58,165 nucleotides of DNA from Bacilli bacterium (GCA_028709545.1 JAQVWT010000002.1:1-58165); one strand, 5' to 3'. Positions 47,263-57,672 are shown, counted from the first letter of the stretch. The notes: generated from the sequence alone by a model not told the origin. A program made the numbers and translations.

Positions 47263-49990
47263 AATGAAAAGTAAAATGACAAAAGTTAAATCGAAATTTA
47301 GAAAAAGTAGTTTAGGAGAAAAGATTCTAATATTATGTATGCTTGGTTTAATTGCCATTGTTTTTCTAGCTATAGCGTTCTTTATTTATATTGTCATAAG
47401 TGCGCCTAACTTTACTGAAGAAGGTTTGTATACATCTGATGCATCGATTATTTATTATGCTAATGGTGATGAAATGACCAGAGTTGGTACAAAGAACCGA
47501 GAAAAAGTTTCATATGATGAAATCCCTGAGGTCTTTATTGATGCCCTACTCGCAACTGAAGACTCAAGATTTATGGAACATAGTGGAATTGACTTAGCAA
47601 GATTTTTAAAAGCATCTGTTAGTCAAGCTCTTGGAAATAGTGATGCCGGAGGTGCATCTACTTTAACAATGCAAGTTGTTAAACAAACCTTTACTGAATA
47701 TACATCAACTGGCATTAAAGGGATTATTCGTAAATTTACTGATATTTATATGGCAGTATTTAAAATAGAAAAAAAATATACTAAAGAACAAATTATTGAA
47801 TTTTATGTCAACATCCCCTATTTAGGAGCCAGTACTTATGGTATTGAGCAAGCAGCTCAAGCCTATTTCGGAAAAACCATCGGCGAAGTTTCTTTAACCG
47901 AAGCAGCTATTATTGCTGGACTATTCCAAGCTCCAAATGCTTTTGATCCATTTAGTCATCCGGAAAAAGCTGAAAACAGACGAAATCAAGTATTAAATTT
48001 AATGAAAAAACACGGTTATATTACTGATGAAGAATGTGAAATTGCTAAAAGCATTTCCGTTGAATCACTTTTAATAAAAACTGAATCTGAGGCAATGCGT
48101 AACCAAGGAATGATTGATACCGTTGTAGCTGAAGTAAAAACTCGAACGGGGCAAGATCCTAACTTAGTAGCAATGAAAATATATTCAACATTTATTCAAG
48201 AAAAACAAGAAGTTATTAATAATATTAATGATGGTACTAGTTATAAATGGCCAAATGAAATGCTGCAAACAGGGATTGCCGTTCTAGATGTTGATACTGG
48301 CGGAATTGTTGCCATTGGAGCCGGACGCAATAAGCAATCAAAGTTAAGTTGGAACTACGCAACAAGGACGGAAAGGCACCCAGGTTCTACTTCTAAACCA
48401 CTTTTTGATTATGGACCAGCGATTGAATATTTAAACTGGGGAACTGGTCAAATGATTATTGATGATGTTCACGGCTACAGTGGTGGTGGTAATGTTAAAA
48501 ACTGGGATGGCGGTTATAAAGGTATTATGACTATTAAAAGAGCTTTAGCCGCATCTCGAAACACAACTGCCCTACAAACATTTCAAGCTGTTCCTAACAA
48601 AAAAATAAATGAGTTTGTTACTGGTCTTAACTTACACCCAGAATATGATGCTAATGATTATATTCATGAATCACATAGTATCGGAGGTTATACTGGCGAA
48701 AGTCCACTAGATATGGCTGCAGCTTACGCAACTTTTGCAAGAGGGGGAATTTATATTGAACCTCACTCATTTACTAAAATAGAATTTGTTGATACCGGGG
48801 AAATTTATACGGTTACTCCTGAAAAAAGAACAGTTATGAAAGATTCAACTGCTTATATGATAAATATGATTTTAAGATTTGCGGTAACTAATGGTGATAT
48901 TGGAGCTGGTTCTAAAAGCGGAACTGATGTTGCTAGTAAAACCGGAACTTCCAGTGTTGATAGATCTCATATTAAAGCTCTTGGATTAAAAGGTGATGTT
49001 ATTGGTGATTCATGGCAAATTGTCTATTCTCCAGATTATGTCTGCTCGACCTGGATTGGTTATAAAGATATAGCCACTAAAGAGTATTATTTAACTAACT
49101 CTGTTGGGTCTGGTGCCAGAAGAGTTGTCTCAAGACTACTTACAGCGGGTATACTAGAAACTAATTCAAGATTTAAAAGGCCATCAAGTGTTGTAACGGC
49201 AACTATTGAACTAGAAACAAATCCTTTAATGCTTGCTAGTGAATACACTCCAACTAATTTAAAAAGTGTTGAGTACTTTAGAAAAGGAACTGCTCCAACT
49301 GAGGTTTCTACGCGTTTTTCTAAATTAGCATCACCCACTAATTTAAAGATAGACACAACAGAAGGCACTACAAATTTAAGTTGGTCAGGGATTTCTACCC
49401 CCGATGCAATAAGTTCCTCATATTTAACCGATTATTTCAGCGAGGGCTATGGAAAATGGTCTACTAAATATTTAAATAGACGCTTAGAATATATTAACTC
49501 AAGTATTGGTTCAATCGGATATCAAGTTTATTTAAATACCGGCACGACTACTACTGATTTAGGTTGGACACCTATTACAAGCTTTCAATATTCTGGCACG
49601 ATACCAATCGGATCAAAATTTATTGTTAAATCTAGCTACTCAATATTTAAAGCAAATATGAGTGATGGAATAGAAGCAGGTGTAGCTGCTAATATTCCAG
49701 AAGTCGATCCTACTAGCTGGCAAGCTGACTTATTAGGGGCAAAGTGTCTTACCATAAAAGAATTCAATGACAGGCTTAATAGTAATACCTTGATTAAGGT
49801 TACAGAAAATGGAATTGATATTACTGAAAGTGATTATATCAATATCACAAATTCTTGCGAAGATAGTTCTAATATGCAAATCAATTGCCGCTCTTTAAGT
49901 AATAATGAATATAAAATAACGCATATTATAACTAACAAGCAAGCAGGCTCATCTAAAACATTAACCCGTCAAGTTAAACAATCTTGCTAA
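47252..49990 (+). CDS. ponA: Bifunctional class A penicillin-binding protein (PBP1A type)
   Basis: GT51 motifs EDSRFMEHSGID and RKFTD; transpeptidase motifs STSKP, SRN and KTGTS; long C-terminal extension. Confidence 0.92.
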   Translation: MKNKMKSKMTKVKSKFRKSSLGEKILILCMLGLIAIVFLAIAFFIYIVISAPNFTEEGLYTSDASIIYYANGDEMTRVGTKNREKVSYDEIPEVFIDALLATEDSRFMEHSGIDLARFLKASVSQALGNSDAGGASTLTMQVVKQTFTEYTSTGIKGIIRKFTDIYMAVFKIEKKYTKEQIIEFYVNIPYLGASTYGIEQAAQAYFGKTIGEVSLTEAAIIAGLFQAPNAFDPFSHPEKAENRRNQVLNLMKKHGYITDEECEIAKSISVESLLIKTESEAMRNQGMIDTVVAEVKTRTGQDPNLVAMKIYSTFIQEKQEVINNINDGTSYKWPNEMLQTGIAVLDVDTGGIVAIGAGRNKQSKLSWNYATRTERHPGSTSKPLFDYGPAIEYLNWGTGQMIIDDVHGYSGGGNVKNWDGGYKGIMTIKRALAASRNTTALQTFQAVPNKKINEFVTGLNLHPEYDANDYIHESHSIGGYTGESPLDMAAAYATFARGGIYIEPHSFTKIEFVDTGEIYTVTPEKRTVMKDSTAYMINMILRFAVTNGDIGAGSKSGTDVASKTGTSSVDRSHIKALGLKGDVIGDSWQIVYSPDYVCSTWIGYKDIATKEYYLTNSVGSGARRVVSRLLTAGILETNSRFKRPSSVVTATIELETNPLMLASEYTPTNLKSVEYFRKGTAPTEVSTRFSKLASPTNLKIDTTEGTTNLSWSGISTPDAISSSYLTDYFSEGYGKWSTKYLNRRLEYINSSIGSIGYQVYLNTGTTTTDLGWTPITSFQYSGTIPIGSKFIVKSSYSIFKANMSDGIEAGVAANIPEVDPTSWQADLLGAKCLTIKEFNDRLNSNTLIKVTENGIDITESDYINITNSCEDSSNMQINCRSLSNNEYKITHIITNKQAGSSKTLTRQVKQSC

Positions 49991-49996
49991 TATTAG

Positions 49997-50026
49997 TTGA
50001 TTAAACACAGTTAAATGTGTTATACT
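49997..50026 (+). promoter_or_regulatory. Candidate promoter for csp
   Basis: TTGATT - 18 nt - (TGt)TATACT, followed by a ~70-nt 5' UTR. Confidence 0.45.
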
Positions 50027-50098
50027 CAATTAGTACTTCAAAGTTATTTTAATTATTTAGAGTCTTAAAGGAGTATAAATGCAAAGGAGGCAAAACTT

Positions 50099-50302
50099 GT
50101 GAATGGTACAGTAAAATTCTTTAATAGTGAAAAAGGTTATGGTTTTATCAAAAATGATGAAACTGGTAATGATGTTTTTGTGCATATGACTGCTTTAAAT
50201 GATGGTCTAAAAGAACTACAAGAAGGACAAAAAGTTTCTTATGAAATTGAAAAAGATCCTAAAAGCAATAAAGATAGAGCAACAAACGTTTCAGTATTAT
50301 AA
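50099..50302 (+). CDS. csp: Cold-shock protein (CspA family)
   Basis: [15 protein letters not shown] and DVFVH RNP motifs; GTG start after a GGAGG RBS. Confidence 0.93.
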   Translation: MNGTVKFFNSEKGYGFIKNDETGNDVFVHMTALNDGLKELQEGQKVSYEIEKDPKSNKDRATNVSVL

Positions 50303-50357
50303 TTAAAATTCTTTTTTTAGAAAAGATCAAAAAACGCGATTAAATAATCACGTTTTT

Positions 50358-50981
50358 TTATTTATCAATTTTTTTATATATTAGACATTCTTTTTTTAAG
50401 AGACAAGAGCCACATTCCGGTTTAATACTTTTACAATAATATCTACCAAATAAAAGTATCTGTTCACCTACTTTATTCCATTTATCTTTAGGAATGAGTT
50501 TCATTAAACTTTCTTCTACTTCAGTTGGTGAATAATCTATTTTAGCAAGGCCTAAACGTTTTGATACTCTTTCAACATGAGTATCAACTGGAATACATGG
50601 TTCATTAAATAAGTTTTTTAAAACAACACTTGCAGTTTTTCTGCCTACTCCAGGTAAACTTTCTAAATAAACTCTATTATTTGGAACGACTCCTTTATAA
50701 TTACTTATTAAAGACTTGGCAATACTTTTTAAATAAGTTGCTTTTTTATTAAAACTTCCAACACTTCTAATAATGTTTTTTATTGTATCTTCATCAGCAC
50801 TTGCGAGTTCTTTGAGGGTATATTTTGAAAATAAATCTTTTGTCACAATATTTACTCTTTTATCGGTTGACTGGGCACTTAACATTGTAGCAATTAACAG
50901 TTCATAATCTTTTTCATAATTAAGTTCACATTTAGGATTAGGAATTAAAGTATCTAAGACCTCATATATTTTATTCATCAT
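50358..50981 (-). CDS. nth: Endonuclease III
   Basis: HhH-GPD (LPGVGRKTASVVL), catalytic-region DTHV, and a C-terminal CxxxxxxCxxCxxxxxC cluster. Confidence 0.9.
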   Translation of the reverse strand: MMNKIYEVLDTLIPNPKCELNYEKDYELLIATMLSAQSTDKRVNIVTKDLFSKYTLKELASADEDTIKNIIRSVGSFNKKATYLKSIAKSLISNYKGVVPNNRVYLESLPGVGRKTASVVLKNLFNEPCIPVDTHVERVSKRLGLAKIDYSPTEVEESLMKLIPKDKWNKVGEQILLFGRYYCKSIKPECGSCLLKKECLIYKKIDK

Positions 50982-51618
50982 CAAGCCAGTTATAATCAAA
51001 TAAGGGTTCCACATCTTTTTTTACAGGTTTTTTTAAATGATTATCAACATCCTCACCTGTTTTTAAACCTTTCTTGCCCCACTCATAAATAATCTTATCA
51101 ATATACCTTAAATTACTTACCCCATTAAATGTTGCCTCTTTTAAAGCTTTAATAATAAGCTCTTCAGAAGTTCCTACTTTAAGCCAAGCGTTAATTATTT
51201 CAAATTCAATCGGGCTTAGTGTCCTGCCAAATTCTTTTTCAAATATTGTAAAAATATTCTCTGCATTTTTAGCTTTAATACTCGTATTTATTTCACTAAC
51301 CATTGATCTATAAACTCTACTTAAATCAATAACTTCTTTCATTTTACCTGATTCATCTTTTACAACGTTAACCGATATTAATTTTTTCGATGTTAGTGAT
51401 GAAAAAGCTTCCATTATTTTTACATCAGATAAATATGTAACTTCCTTAATATTATTTAAATTAAAATCAGGTTTATCTAAATTAATAAAATGAATTAAAA
51501 TAAGTAATTCTGCTAAAGAAAAGTCATGATCAACTGCCACTTTAAATAATTGTTTTTTAAAACAATAATCTTTTTCTTTAACTAAGTCTTCTAGTACTGC
51601 ATTACTCATTTTAATCAC
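50971..51618 (-). CDS. dnaD: Replication initiation/membrane attachment protein DnaD
   Basis: DnaB_2/DnaD C-terminal domain (FEKEFGRTLSPIEFEIINAWL...YIDKIIYEWGKKG); dnaD-nth synteny. Confidence 0.8.
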   Translation of the reverse strand: MIKMSNAVLEDLVKEKDYCFKKQLFKVAVDHDFSLAELLILIHFINLDKPDFNLNNIKEVTYLSDVKIMEAFSSLTSKKLISVNVVKDESGKMKEVIDLSRVYRSMVSEINTSIKAKNAENIFTIFEKEFGRTLSPIEFEIINAWLKVGTSEELIIKALKEATFNGVSNLRYIDKIIYEWGKKGLKTGEDVDNHLKKPVKKDVEPLFDYNWLDDE

Positions 51619-51619
51619 A

Positions 51620-52699
51620 TCACTTCCATTTATTTAATATATATTTTTTTAATATTGCATTATTATTCTTTAATTCACCACTGATTACTTTAGTTACTAA
51701 ATCTTCATAAATAATCTTTAACTCTTTAGATGGCTTAATATTTAAAATCTCTAAAATTTCATCAGCGCTTATTTTTAGATCCTTAAGTGATTTTATTGGT
51801 AAACTAGCATATTGTTTGGTAATCTTTTTTCGGTCATAACCAATTACTTCACCAGCTACTGTTAAAACATATAGATCATTTTCATAAAGAGTGATTTTAT
51901 CAATTTTTCCTTTTTTAATAATCTTTCTTACTTTAGTTATAACATCTAAACTATTTTTTGTAAAAGGATACTTTTCATCAAAATCAATTTGTGCCCAGAT
52001 ACCTAAAATATCTGGAACAACTTTAACATAATCATAATTTATTCCTAAAGCTTTTAGCAGATCTAAGTCTTTTAATAATTTTAATCCTGCCCCACATTTT
52101 TTTGATGAAAAGATGCGATTTAGTTCTTCTTCCTTTTTTGTAAAGCTAAGAGTCTCTAAGAGATATTTATTATTTTTAATAAAATCAATTATTTTCGGAT
52201 CTATCTTAAAATCTAATACTACCGAGAATCTAATAGCTCTTAAAATACGTAGTGGGTCTTCAGTTAATTTTTGTTCCAAAGACCCGATTACTTTAATTAT
52301 TTTATTGTTAATATCTTCTTTGCCTCCAAGAATATCAATAATTTGTCCTTTAGAATTCATACATAAAGAGTTAATAGTAAAATCACGCCGATTAATATCA
52401 GTAATTAAATTATTAACATATTCTACGTGCTGAGGCTTGCGGTTTTTATAATCAGATTCACTACGATAGGTGGTAATATCAAAATTATATTTACCATCTT
52501 TTAAGGAAAATGAACCATACTCGTGTTTTGCATTTACTTTAAATATTTTAACAATATCTTTAGGAAGAGCATTAGTACATATATCTATATCTGTTGATTC
52601 TATACCAAGAATATGGTCACGTACATAGCCACCAACGATATATGCTTCAAATCCATTTTCTTCTATTTTTTTTAGAATTCTTCGTAGTTTATTATTCAT
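51620..52699 (-). CDS. cca: CCA-adding tRNA nucleotidyltransferase
   Basis: VGGYVRD..LG....DIDI, RRDFTINS and DPLRILRAIRF. Confidence 0.88.
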   Translation of the reverse strand: MNNKLRRILKKIEENGFEAYIVGGYVRDHILGIESTDIDICTNALPKDIVKIFKVNAKHEYGSFSLKDGKYNFDITTYRSESDYKNRKPQHVEYVNNLITDINRRDFTINSLCMNSKGQIIDILGGKEDINNKIIKVIGSLEQKLTEDPLRILRAIRFSVVLDFKIDPKIIDFIKNNKYLLETLSFTKKEEELNRIFSSKKCGAGLKLLKDLDLLKALGINYDYVKVVPDILGIWAQIDFDEKYPFTKNSLDVITKVRKIIKKGKIDKITLYENDLYVLTVAGEVIGYDRKKITKQYASLPIKSLKDLKISADEILEILNIKPSKELKIIYEDLVTKVISGELKNNNAILKKYILNKWK

Positions 52700-52743
52700 A
52701 TAGCACCCAAGATAATTATAGCACTAAATAACTAGTTTGTGAA

Positions 52744-52902
52744 CTAACATTTAGCACCTCTTTTGGCCATACTTATTGCTGACCCAATTGCCCGACCAAC
52801 ATCAAAAAATGTTGTAATAAGCTTGGCAATAGCATTAAGAAGGGTTCCTGAGATAGACGCGCCGCCATCAAGTTTTATCAGCTGATTATTATTTAATATC
52901 AT
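52744..52902 (-). CDS. Double-glycine-leader peptide B (52 aa), not in the ORF track
   Basis: MILNNNQLIKLDGG / ASISGTLLNAIAKLITTFFDVGRAIGSAISMAKRGAKC. The mature part has a GxxxG motif (GRAIG). Starts 1 nt after the peptide A stop. Confidence 0.65.
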   Translation of the reverse strand: MILNNNQLIKLDGGASISGTLLNAIAKLITTFFDVGRAIGSAISMAKRGAKC

Positions 52903-52903
52903 A

Positions 52904-53038
52904 TTAATTACACTTTAGTGGTCTTAAGTATCCATCGATTATTCCCGTTATAAAACTAATTGCTGCCCCAATTAAAGCAATAACTGACCATGACACCCGC
53001 CCACCATTTATGCTAAGCATTTCATTATTTGTTAACAT
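52904..53038 (-). CDS. Double-glycine-leader peptide A (44 aa), not in the ORF track
   Basis: MLTNNEMLSINGG / RVSWSVIALIGAAISFITGIIDGYLRPLKCN, with a GxxxG motif (GIIDG). Its ATG overlaps the exporter stop (ATGTTAA), and there is an AAAGGA RBS. Confidence 0.65.
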   Translation of the reverse strand: MLTNNEMLSINGGRVSWSVIALIGAAISFITGIIDGYLRPLKCN

Positions 53039-54987
53039 ATTTTTTCCTTTCTAGCACTTAAATTAATTACCTTGTCATACTTTATTTTATCATCATAATG
53101 ACTAATACAAACTATCGTTTTGTGGGAATAATATTTAAATATATTAGTTAAAATAATACTTCTTGTCTCTTTATCAATTTCATTTAAAGACTCATCAAGT
53201 AGAAGCAAATCAAAATTTTGATAAAGAGCTCTAGCTAAAATAATTTTCTGTCTTTCTCCCCCACTGATGTTTGTTAAAGACTTTATTTCTAAATCATAAC
53301 CTGATTCTTTACTTTCTATAAACTTATCAAGAGTTGTAATTTTTGCTATATGCTTAAATTTTTTCTCATTATACTTTTCATTTAAGATAATATTATTTAG
53401 AATTGTTGTCGAAAACAGCTCACTATTTTGATGAATATAACTTATTTTAGGAGGTCTTTTTACCATACCTTTATAGTCATTAATACTTCCATAAATAATA
53501 TCAAATAAAGTACTTTTCCCAGAACCATTTTCACCTTTAATTAAAACTTTGCTTCCAAACTTTATTTTTAAATTAAAGTTTTTAAAAATTATATTAATAT
53601 TATCAAAACTATAACTTATATTATTTAAACTTAAAGTTTTGCTATCTATTAAACGATGATTTGGTTTTGGTAGCTCTATATCATAAACACTCTTAATTCT
53701 TTTAATAACATCCTTAAAATACATTATACTAGGCCCTAAATTTATATAATATTTAATCGTTTCTAAATAATTACTATAAATAGTTAAATATAATAGTAAA
53801 TAGGATAAATCAAAACCTCCTTGATAATAATAAATTATAATAATGATCAGTGATATTTCTTCTAAAAAATTACTAACTAAATTAAATAAATTTATTTTTT
53901 TATTTACTAAGAGCTCAGCTTTTCCAGCATGACTTATCTTAGAATTTAGTTCTTTTTTAAAATAAGATATCTTATTAGTTTTAACAGTCCTAATATTATT
54001 TAAATATTCAATAATAGTATCTGCCCTGTTATTATCACTTTCAACATTTAAGATAATATCATGATATAGTTTTTTATTTATTTTAACTAAAACTATCGAA
54101 AAGATAAAGGTTATTAAGATTAAAACAAGACTTAATTTAAATTCAAAAACAATTAAAATTATCATTCCTAAAACAAAGATTAAAGTATTAATAAAAACAT
54201 CTAAAACAGTTTTAGAAAACAAATTTTTTATTGCATCTAAATCATTAATCCGATTTATAAAGTCACCAGTTTTTTTAAGTTGCAAATATTTTAAAGGGAG
54301 ATTAATAATCTGAGTTAAATAGTTATTTAATAAACTTATATTAATTTTCATATTTAAGTGAGACATTATATTATTTTTAATATAAGTTATTATTATTTTA
54401 CTCAAAGATATAATTATAACTAAAATAAGAAGTTTATCTGTTTTTAATAAAACCGGATTAAAACTAGTAATAAGTGATAATATCACGACTGTTAAAGCTA
54501 AAATAAATAACATCATAATTACTTTTAAATTTTCTTTATAAATCTTAATAATAAGATTTTTAAATAAATTATTTTTCTCATATTTTAGTAGCTTACCAGC
54601 TGGAATAAGCTCTAAAACATGTCCAGTAAATATTTTATTAAAGTTTTTTAGATTCATTTTAACAAGTCCACTAGCTGGATCCATTAAAGTAGCTTCTTTA
54701 TCTATTTTATATATAACAACAAAATGATAAAGATTGTTTAACTTAACTCTAGCAATACAAGGCAGTTTTAAATCTTTTAAATTACTTGTTTTAAGACCAC
54801 TAGCAGTAAATCCATATTTTTCACTAGCTAGTTTTAAATAATAAAAATTAGTACCTGCATCATTTGTTAAAGAGTCGGTTTTAATTACTTCAAGTGGGAC
54901 ATATCCATCATAATACTTAAGGATAGATAAAAGCGTGCATGCCCCACAATCAGAAGGATCTTCTTGTTTAATAATAATCTTTTTCAT
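53032..54987 (-). CDS. Bacteriocin-processing ABC exporter with an N-terminal C39 peptidase domain
   Basis: QEDPSDCGACTLLSIL (C39 Cys), downstream His/Asp, 6 TM, Walker A GENGSGKST, signature ISGGERQK and Walker B LLLLDE. Confidence 0.85.
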   Translation of the reverse strand: MKKIIIKQEDPSDCGACTLLSILKYYDGYVPLEVIKTDSLTNDAGTNFYYLKLASEKYGFTASGLKTSNLKDLKLPCIARVKLNNLYHFVVIYKIDKEATLMDPASGLVKMNLKNFNKIFTGHVLELIPAGKLLKYEKNNLFKNLIIKIYKENLKVIMMLFILALTVVILSLITSFNPVLLKTDKLLILVIIISLSKIIITYIKNNIMSHLNMKINISLLNNYLTQIINLPLKYLQLKKTGDFINRINDLDAIKNLFSKTVLDVFINTLIFVLGMIILIVFEFKLSLVLILITFIFSIVLVKINKKLYHDIILNVESDNNRADTIIEYLNNIRTVKTNKISYFKKELNSKISHAGKAELLVNKKINLFNLVSNFLEEISLIIIIIYYYQGGFDLSYLLLYLTIYSNYLETIKYYINLGPSIMYFKDVIKRIKSVYDIELPKPNHRLIDSKTLSLNNISYSFDNINIIFKNFNLKIKFGSKVLIKGENGSGKSTLFDIIYGSINDYKGMVKRPPKISYIHQNSELFSTTILNNIILNEKYNEKKFKHIAKITTLDKFIESKESGYDLEIKSLTNISGGERQKIILARALYQNFDLLLLDESLNEIDKETRSIILTNIFKYYSHKTIVCISHYDDKIKYDKVINLSARKEKIC

Positions 54988-55036
54988 TAGTACTCCCTTC
55001 ACTACTACAAGTTGTAAGAAGAAAGTCGATTTCCTT

Positions 55037-55699
55037 TTATTTTAACTTATTTTTTATTTTATTGGTTTTATCTTTAATTTCATTTTTTAAATTTTCAAGT
55101 CTTACCAAGAGATCTAAATTATTTTTAATTAAATGAGGATAAGCTTTTAAAATTCTCAGCTTAATATTTTGATTTAAATCAATGTTTTTACTTGTAATAT
55201 AAGCATCTATTACACTAAAAATAAAATCAATAATAATGATAAGTACAAAAATAACCGCTAGTACTAATTTTAAAGTATTGTTAATATTCTCGAGCACTAT
55301 ATTAATACTAGGAGATAGAGCATAAATAATTATTAATGAACCAATTCCAAATAAGACGCTGTTTTTTAAAGCAACTCTGCCATTAATATTATATTTATAT
55401 TCAGAATAATCCCACCAACGTCTTTTAAATACTAACTCCATAATATGACTAGTAATATATTCTAGAGCAGAACAAATAAACATACCAATTAAAAACACTA
55501 TTATTAAATCATCAGAATATTTAGTTAAAAATAAAATAATAAATAAACTCCCAAATGCATAAATAGGTATATAAGGTCCATGTAAAAATCCTCTGTTTAT
55601 CCATTTTTTACTACCTAAATAAACATAGATTACTTCGGTAATATATCCAAGTATTCCAAAAAACATAAACTTTAATATTAAATCTATCATGTACCTCAC
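55037..55699 (-). CDS. Polytopic membrane protein (resembles the 'putative ABC-transporter type IV' / CmpB-like family)
   Basis: GILGYITEVIY...RGFLHGPYIPIYAFG pattern and about 5 TM segments. Confidence 0.45.
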   Translation of the reverse strand: MRYMIDLILKFMFFGILGYITEVIYVYLGSKKWINRGFLHGPYIPIYAFGSLFIILFLTKYSDDLIIVFLIGMFICSALEYITSHIMELVFKRRWWDYSEYKYNINGRVALKNSVLFGIGSLIIIYALSPSINIVLENINNTLKLVLAVIFVLIIIIDFIFSVIDAYITSKNIDLNQNIKLRILKAYPHLIKNNLDLLVRLENLKNEIKDKTNKIKNKLK

Positions 55700-55912
55700 C
55701 TATCTTAATTATATATTAAATTATTTAAAAAGGAAATAAGATTTTTCTTACAACAAATACTAATGAGAGATAAATCTCTCTTAAGTGAGACAAAAGGAGG
55801 TATTATGTTTAAATTAGTAATAAAAATTATTATTTATGCGATTAGTTTATTTCTTTAATTAGTAATAATTAAAGAGAACATAAATATAATATACAAAGAA
55901 AGAGGATTTAAG

Positions 55913-56407
55913 ATGATTAATAAACAAAATCTATGGTTTTTAACCTTGTTTAGTATTATTTTAGTACTATCAGTATATTATATTGCCCTTCCAAGTGATA
56001 AACTTTCAAATCTGATTAATAACGGTGAATCTATTAGTGATACTGTTAACACAAATATTACTGAAAGTGATGTTTTAGTCAGTTTAAGAGTCGAAAATGA
56101 CGAGGCAATCTTAAAAGAGATGACTGATTTGCAACAAACACTACTTGATGCTGCCGCATCAGCTGAGGTAAAAAATAATGCCTATGAAAAGCTTTTAAGT
56201 ATTAATTTAAATAAAGGTAAAGAAAGTACATTAGAATCTTTAGTTTTAAAAAATCATAAATTAAAATGTTTTATTAAAATAAAAGATGATAAAATAAATG
56301 TTATCATTTCATCAAAAGACAGTTCATATGAGAGTGCTAATGAGATTATTAGGACTATTCAAGAACAGTTTGATGAGAAGATGTATATTACCATTAAATA
56401 TCAATAA
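55913..56407 (+). CDS. spoIIIAH: SpoIIIAH-like sporulation protein
   Basis: The N-terminus KQNLWFLTLFSIILVLSVYYI matches the characteristic SpoIIIAH start; size ~160 aa. Confidence 0.55.
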   Translation: MINKQNLWFLTLFSIILVLSVYYIALPSDKLSNLINNGESISDTVNTNITESDVLVSLRVENDEAILKEMTDLQQTLLDAAASAEVKNNAYEKLLSINLNKGKESTLESLVLKNHKLKCFIKIKDDKINVIISSKDSSYESANEIIRTIQEQFDEKMYITIKYQ

Positions 56408-56482
56408 TCTGCTTTAAAACTCACTTAATCGTATTTTTTTCATAAACTACTATGAAGGGACTATGAAAGTGAGGGAGCATAA

Positions 56483-56686
56483 GTGAAAAGTATACTAACC
56501 CTTAGAGAGAAAGAAGTTTTTGAACTTTTAGTTTTGAATAAAACAACTAAAGAAATTAGTGAGTTTTTAGGTATCAGTGAAAAAACAGTCAGAAACCATA
56601 TTTCTAATGTCATGCAAAAATTAAATGTCAAAGGAAGAGCTGGAGCAATAGTCGAATTATTAAAATTAGGTGAATTAACATTATAA
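56483..56686 (+). CDS. gerE: LuxR/GerE-type single-domain HTH regulator
   Basis: LTLREKEVFELL...TKEISEFLGISEKTVRNHISNVMQKL; 67 aa as in GerE. Confidence 0.75.
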   Translation: MKSILTLREKEVFELLVLNKTTKEISEFLGISEKTVRNHISNVMQKLNVKGRAGAIVELLKLGELTL

Positions 56687-56736
56687 AAGTTGCTAAATGC
56701 GACTTTTTTTTAGTTTAATATCATATATTTAGTGAG

Positions 56737-57672
56737 GTGCTAAATATGTTAAAAAGAAGTTTACTTAAAAAAATATTTCTAATTCTTTCTTCACTTTTTA
56801 TCCTTTTTATTTTATATTTATTTCCTGCTAAAGAAAATACTCACATTAAAGAAAATGAAGATATAATTCCCGAAACATCTATTTATTTAATTGATAGTCA
56901 TAATTATGTTTCTAGAGTAAATGTTGCGATTAATCATAAAGATTTAGAAGCTAAGATTAAAGAAATAATTAATTATTTAACCATTGGCAGTCCAAACTCT
57001 GGTTATATTAAAGAAGGCTTTAGCCCTATTATTCCTAAAAACACTAAGCTTTTATCAGTTCAAATAGATGATAATCTAGTTAAAGTTAATTTCAGTAAAG
57101 AGTTTTTAAATATTAGTCCTGAACTTGAAGAAAAAATGCTCAGTTCAATTATTTACTCACTAACTAGCTTAGATAACATAGATAAAATAAGTATTTATAT
57201 TGAAGATAGTCTTTTAATTGCCATGCCCCATTCTAAAATTAGTTTATCCCCTACTTTAGACAGAAGTTTTGGTATAAATAAAATATATGATCTAACTAAA
57301 ATTAAAGGCTCAACTAAAACGACGGTATATTATTTAAGTAGATATAAAGATTACTATTATTATATTCCAGTTACAATGGTAAATAATTCTGATAAAGATA
57401 AAATTGAAATAATTATTGAAGAATTAACTAGTAAAGCTGTATATCAAACTAATTTAATTAGTTATTTAAACGATGCAAAAAAAATCAGTTATGAAATAAC
57501 TGATGAATATATGATAATAAAGTTAAATAGTCAGCTTTATCATGATTTAAATGAAAGTAATCTAATAGAATCAGTAATCTACTCAATCAACTATTCGATT
57601 AAAGAAAATTATAATATAAAAAGTGTTATGTATATGATGGATGAAATAGTAATTAAGAATTATAATATTTAA
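56737..57672 (+). CDS. gerM: GerM-domain germination/sporulation lipoprotein-like protein
   Basis: N-terminal anchor and two GerM-like repeats (LLSVQIDDNLVKVNFSKEFL). Confidence 0.55.
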   Translation: MLNMLKRSLLKKIFLILSSLFILFILYLFPAKENTHIKENEDIIPETSIYLIDSHNYVSRVNVAINHKDLEAKIKEIINYLTIGSPNSGYIKEGFSPIIPKNTKLLSVQIDDNLVKVNFSKEFLNISPELEEKMLSSIIYSLTSLDNIDKISIYIEDSLLIAMPHSKISLSPTLDRSFGINKIYDLTKIKGSTKTTVYYLSRYKDYYYYIPVTMVNNSDKDKIEIIIEELTSKAVYQTNLISYLNDAKKISYEITDEYMIIKLNSQLYHDLNESNLIESVIYSINYSIKENYNIKSVMYMMDEIVIKNYNI

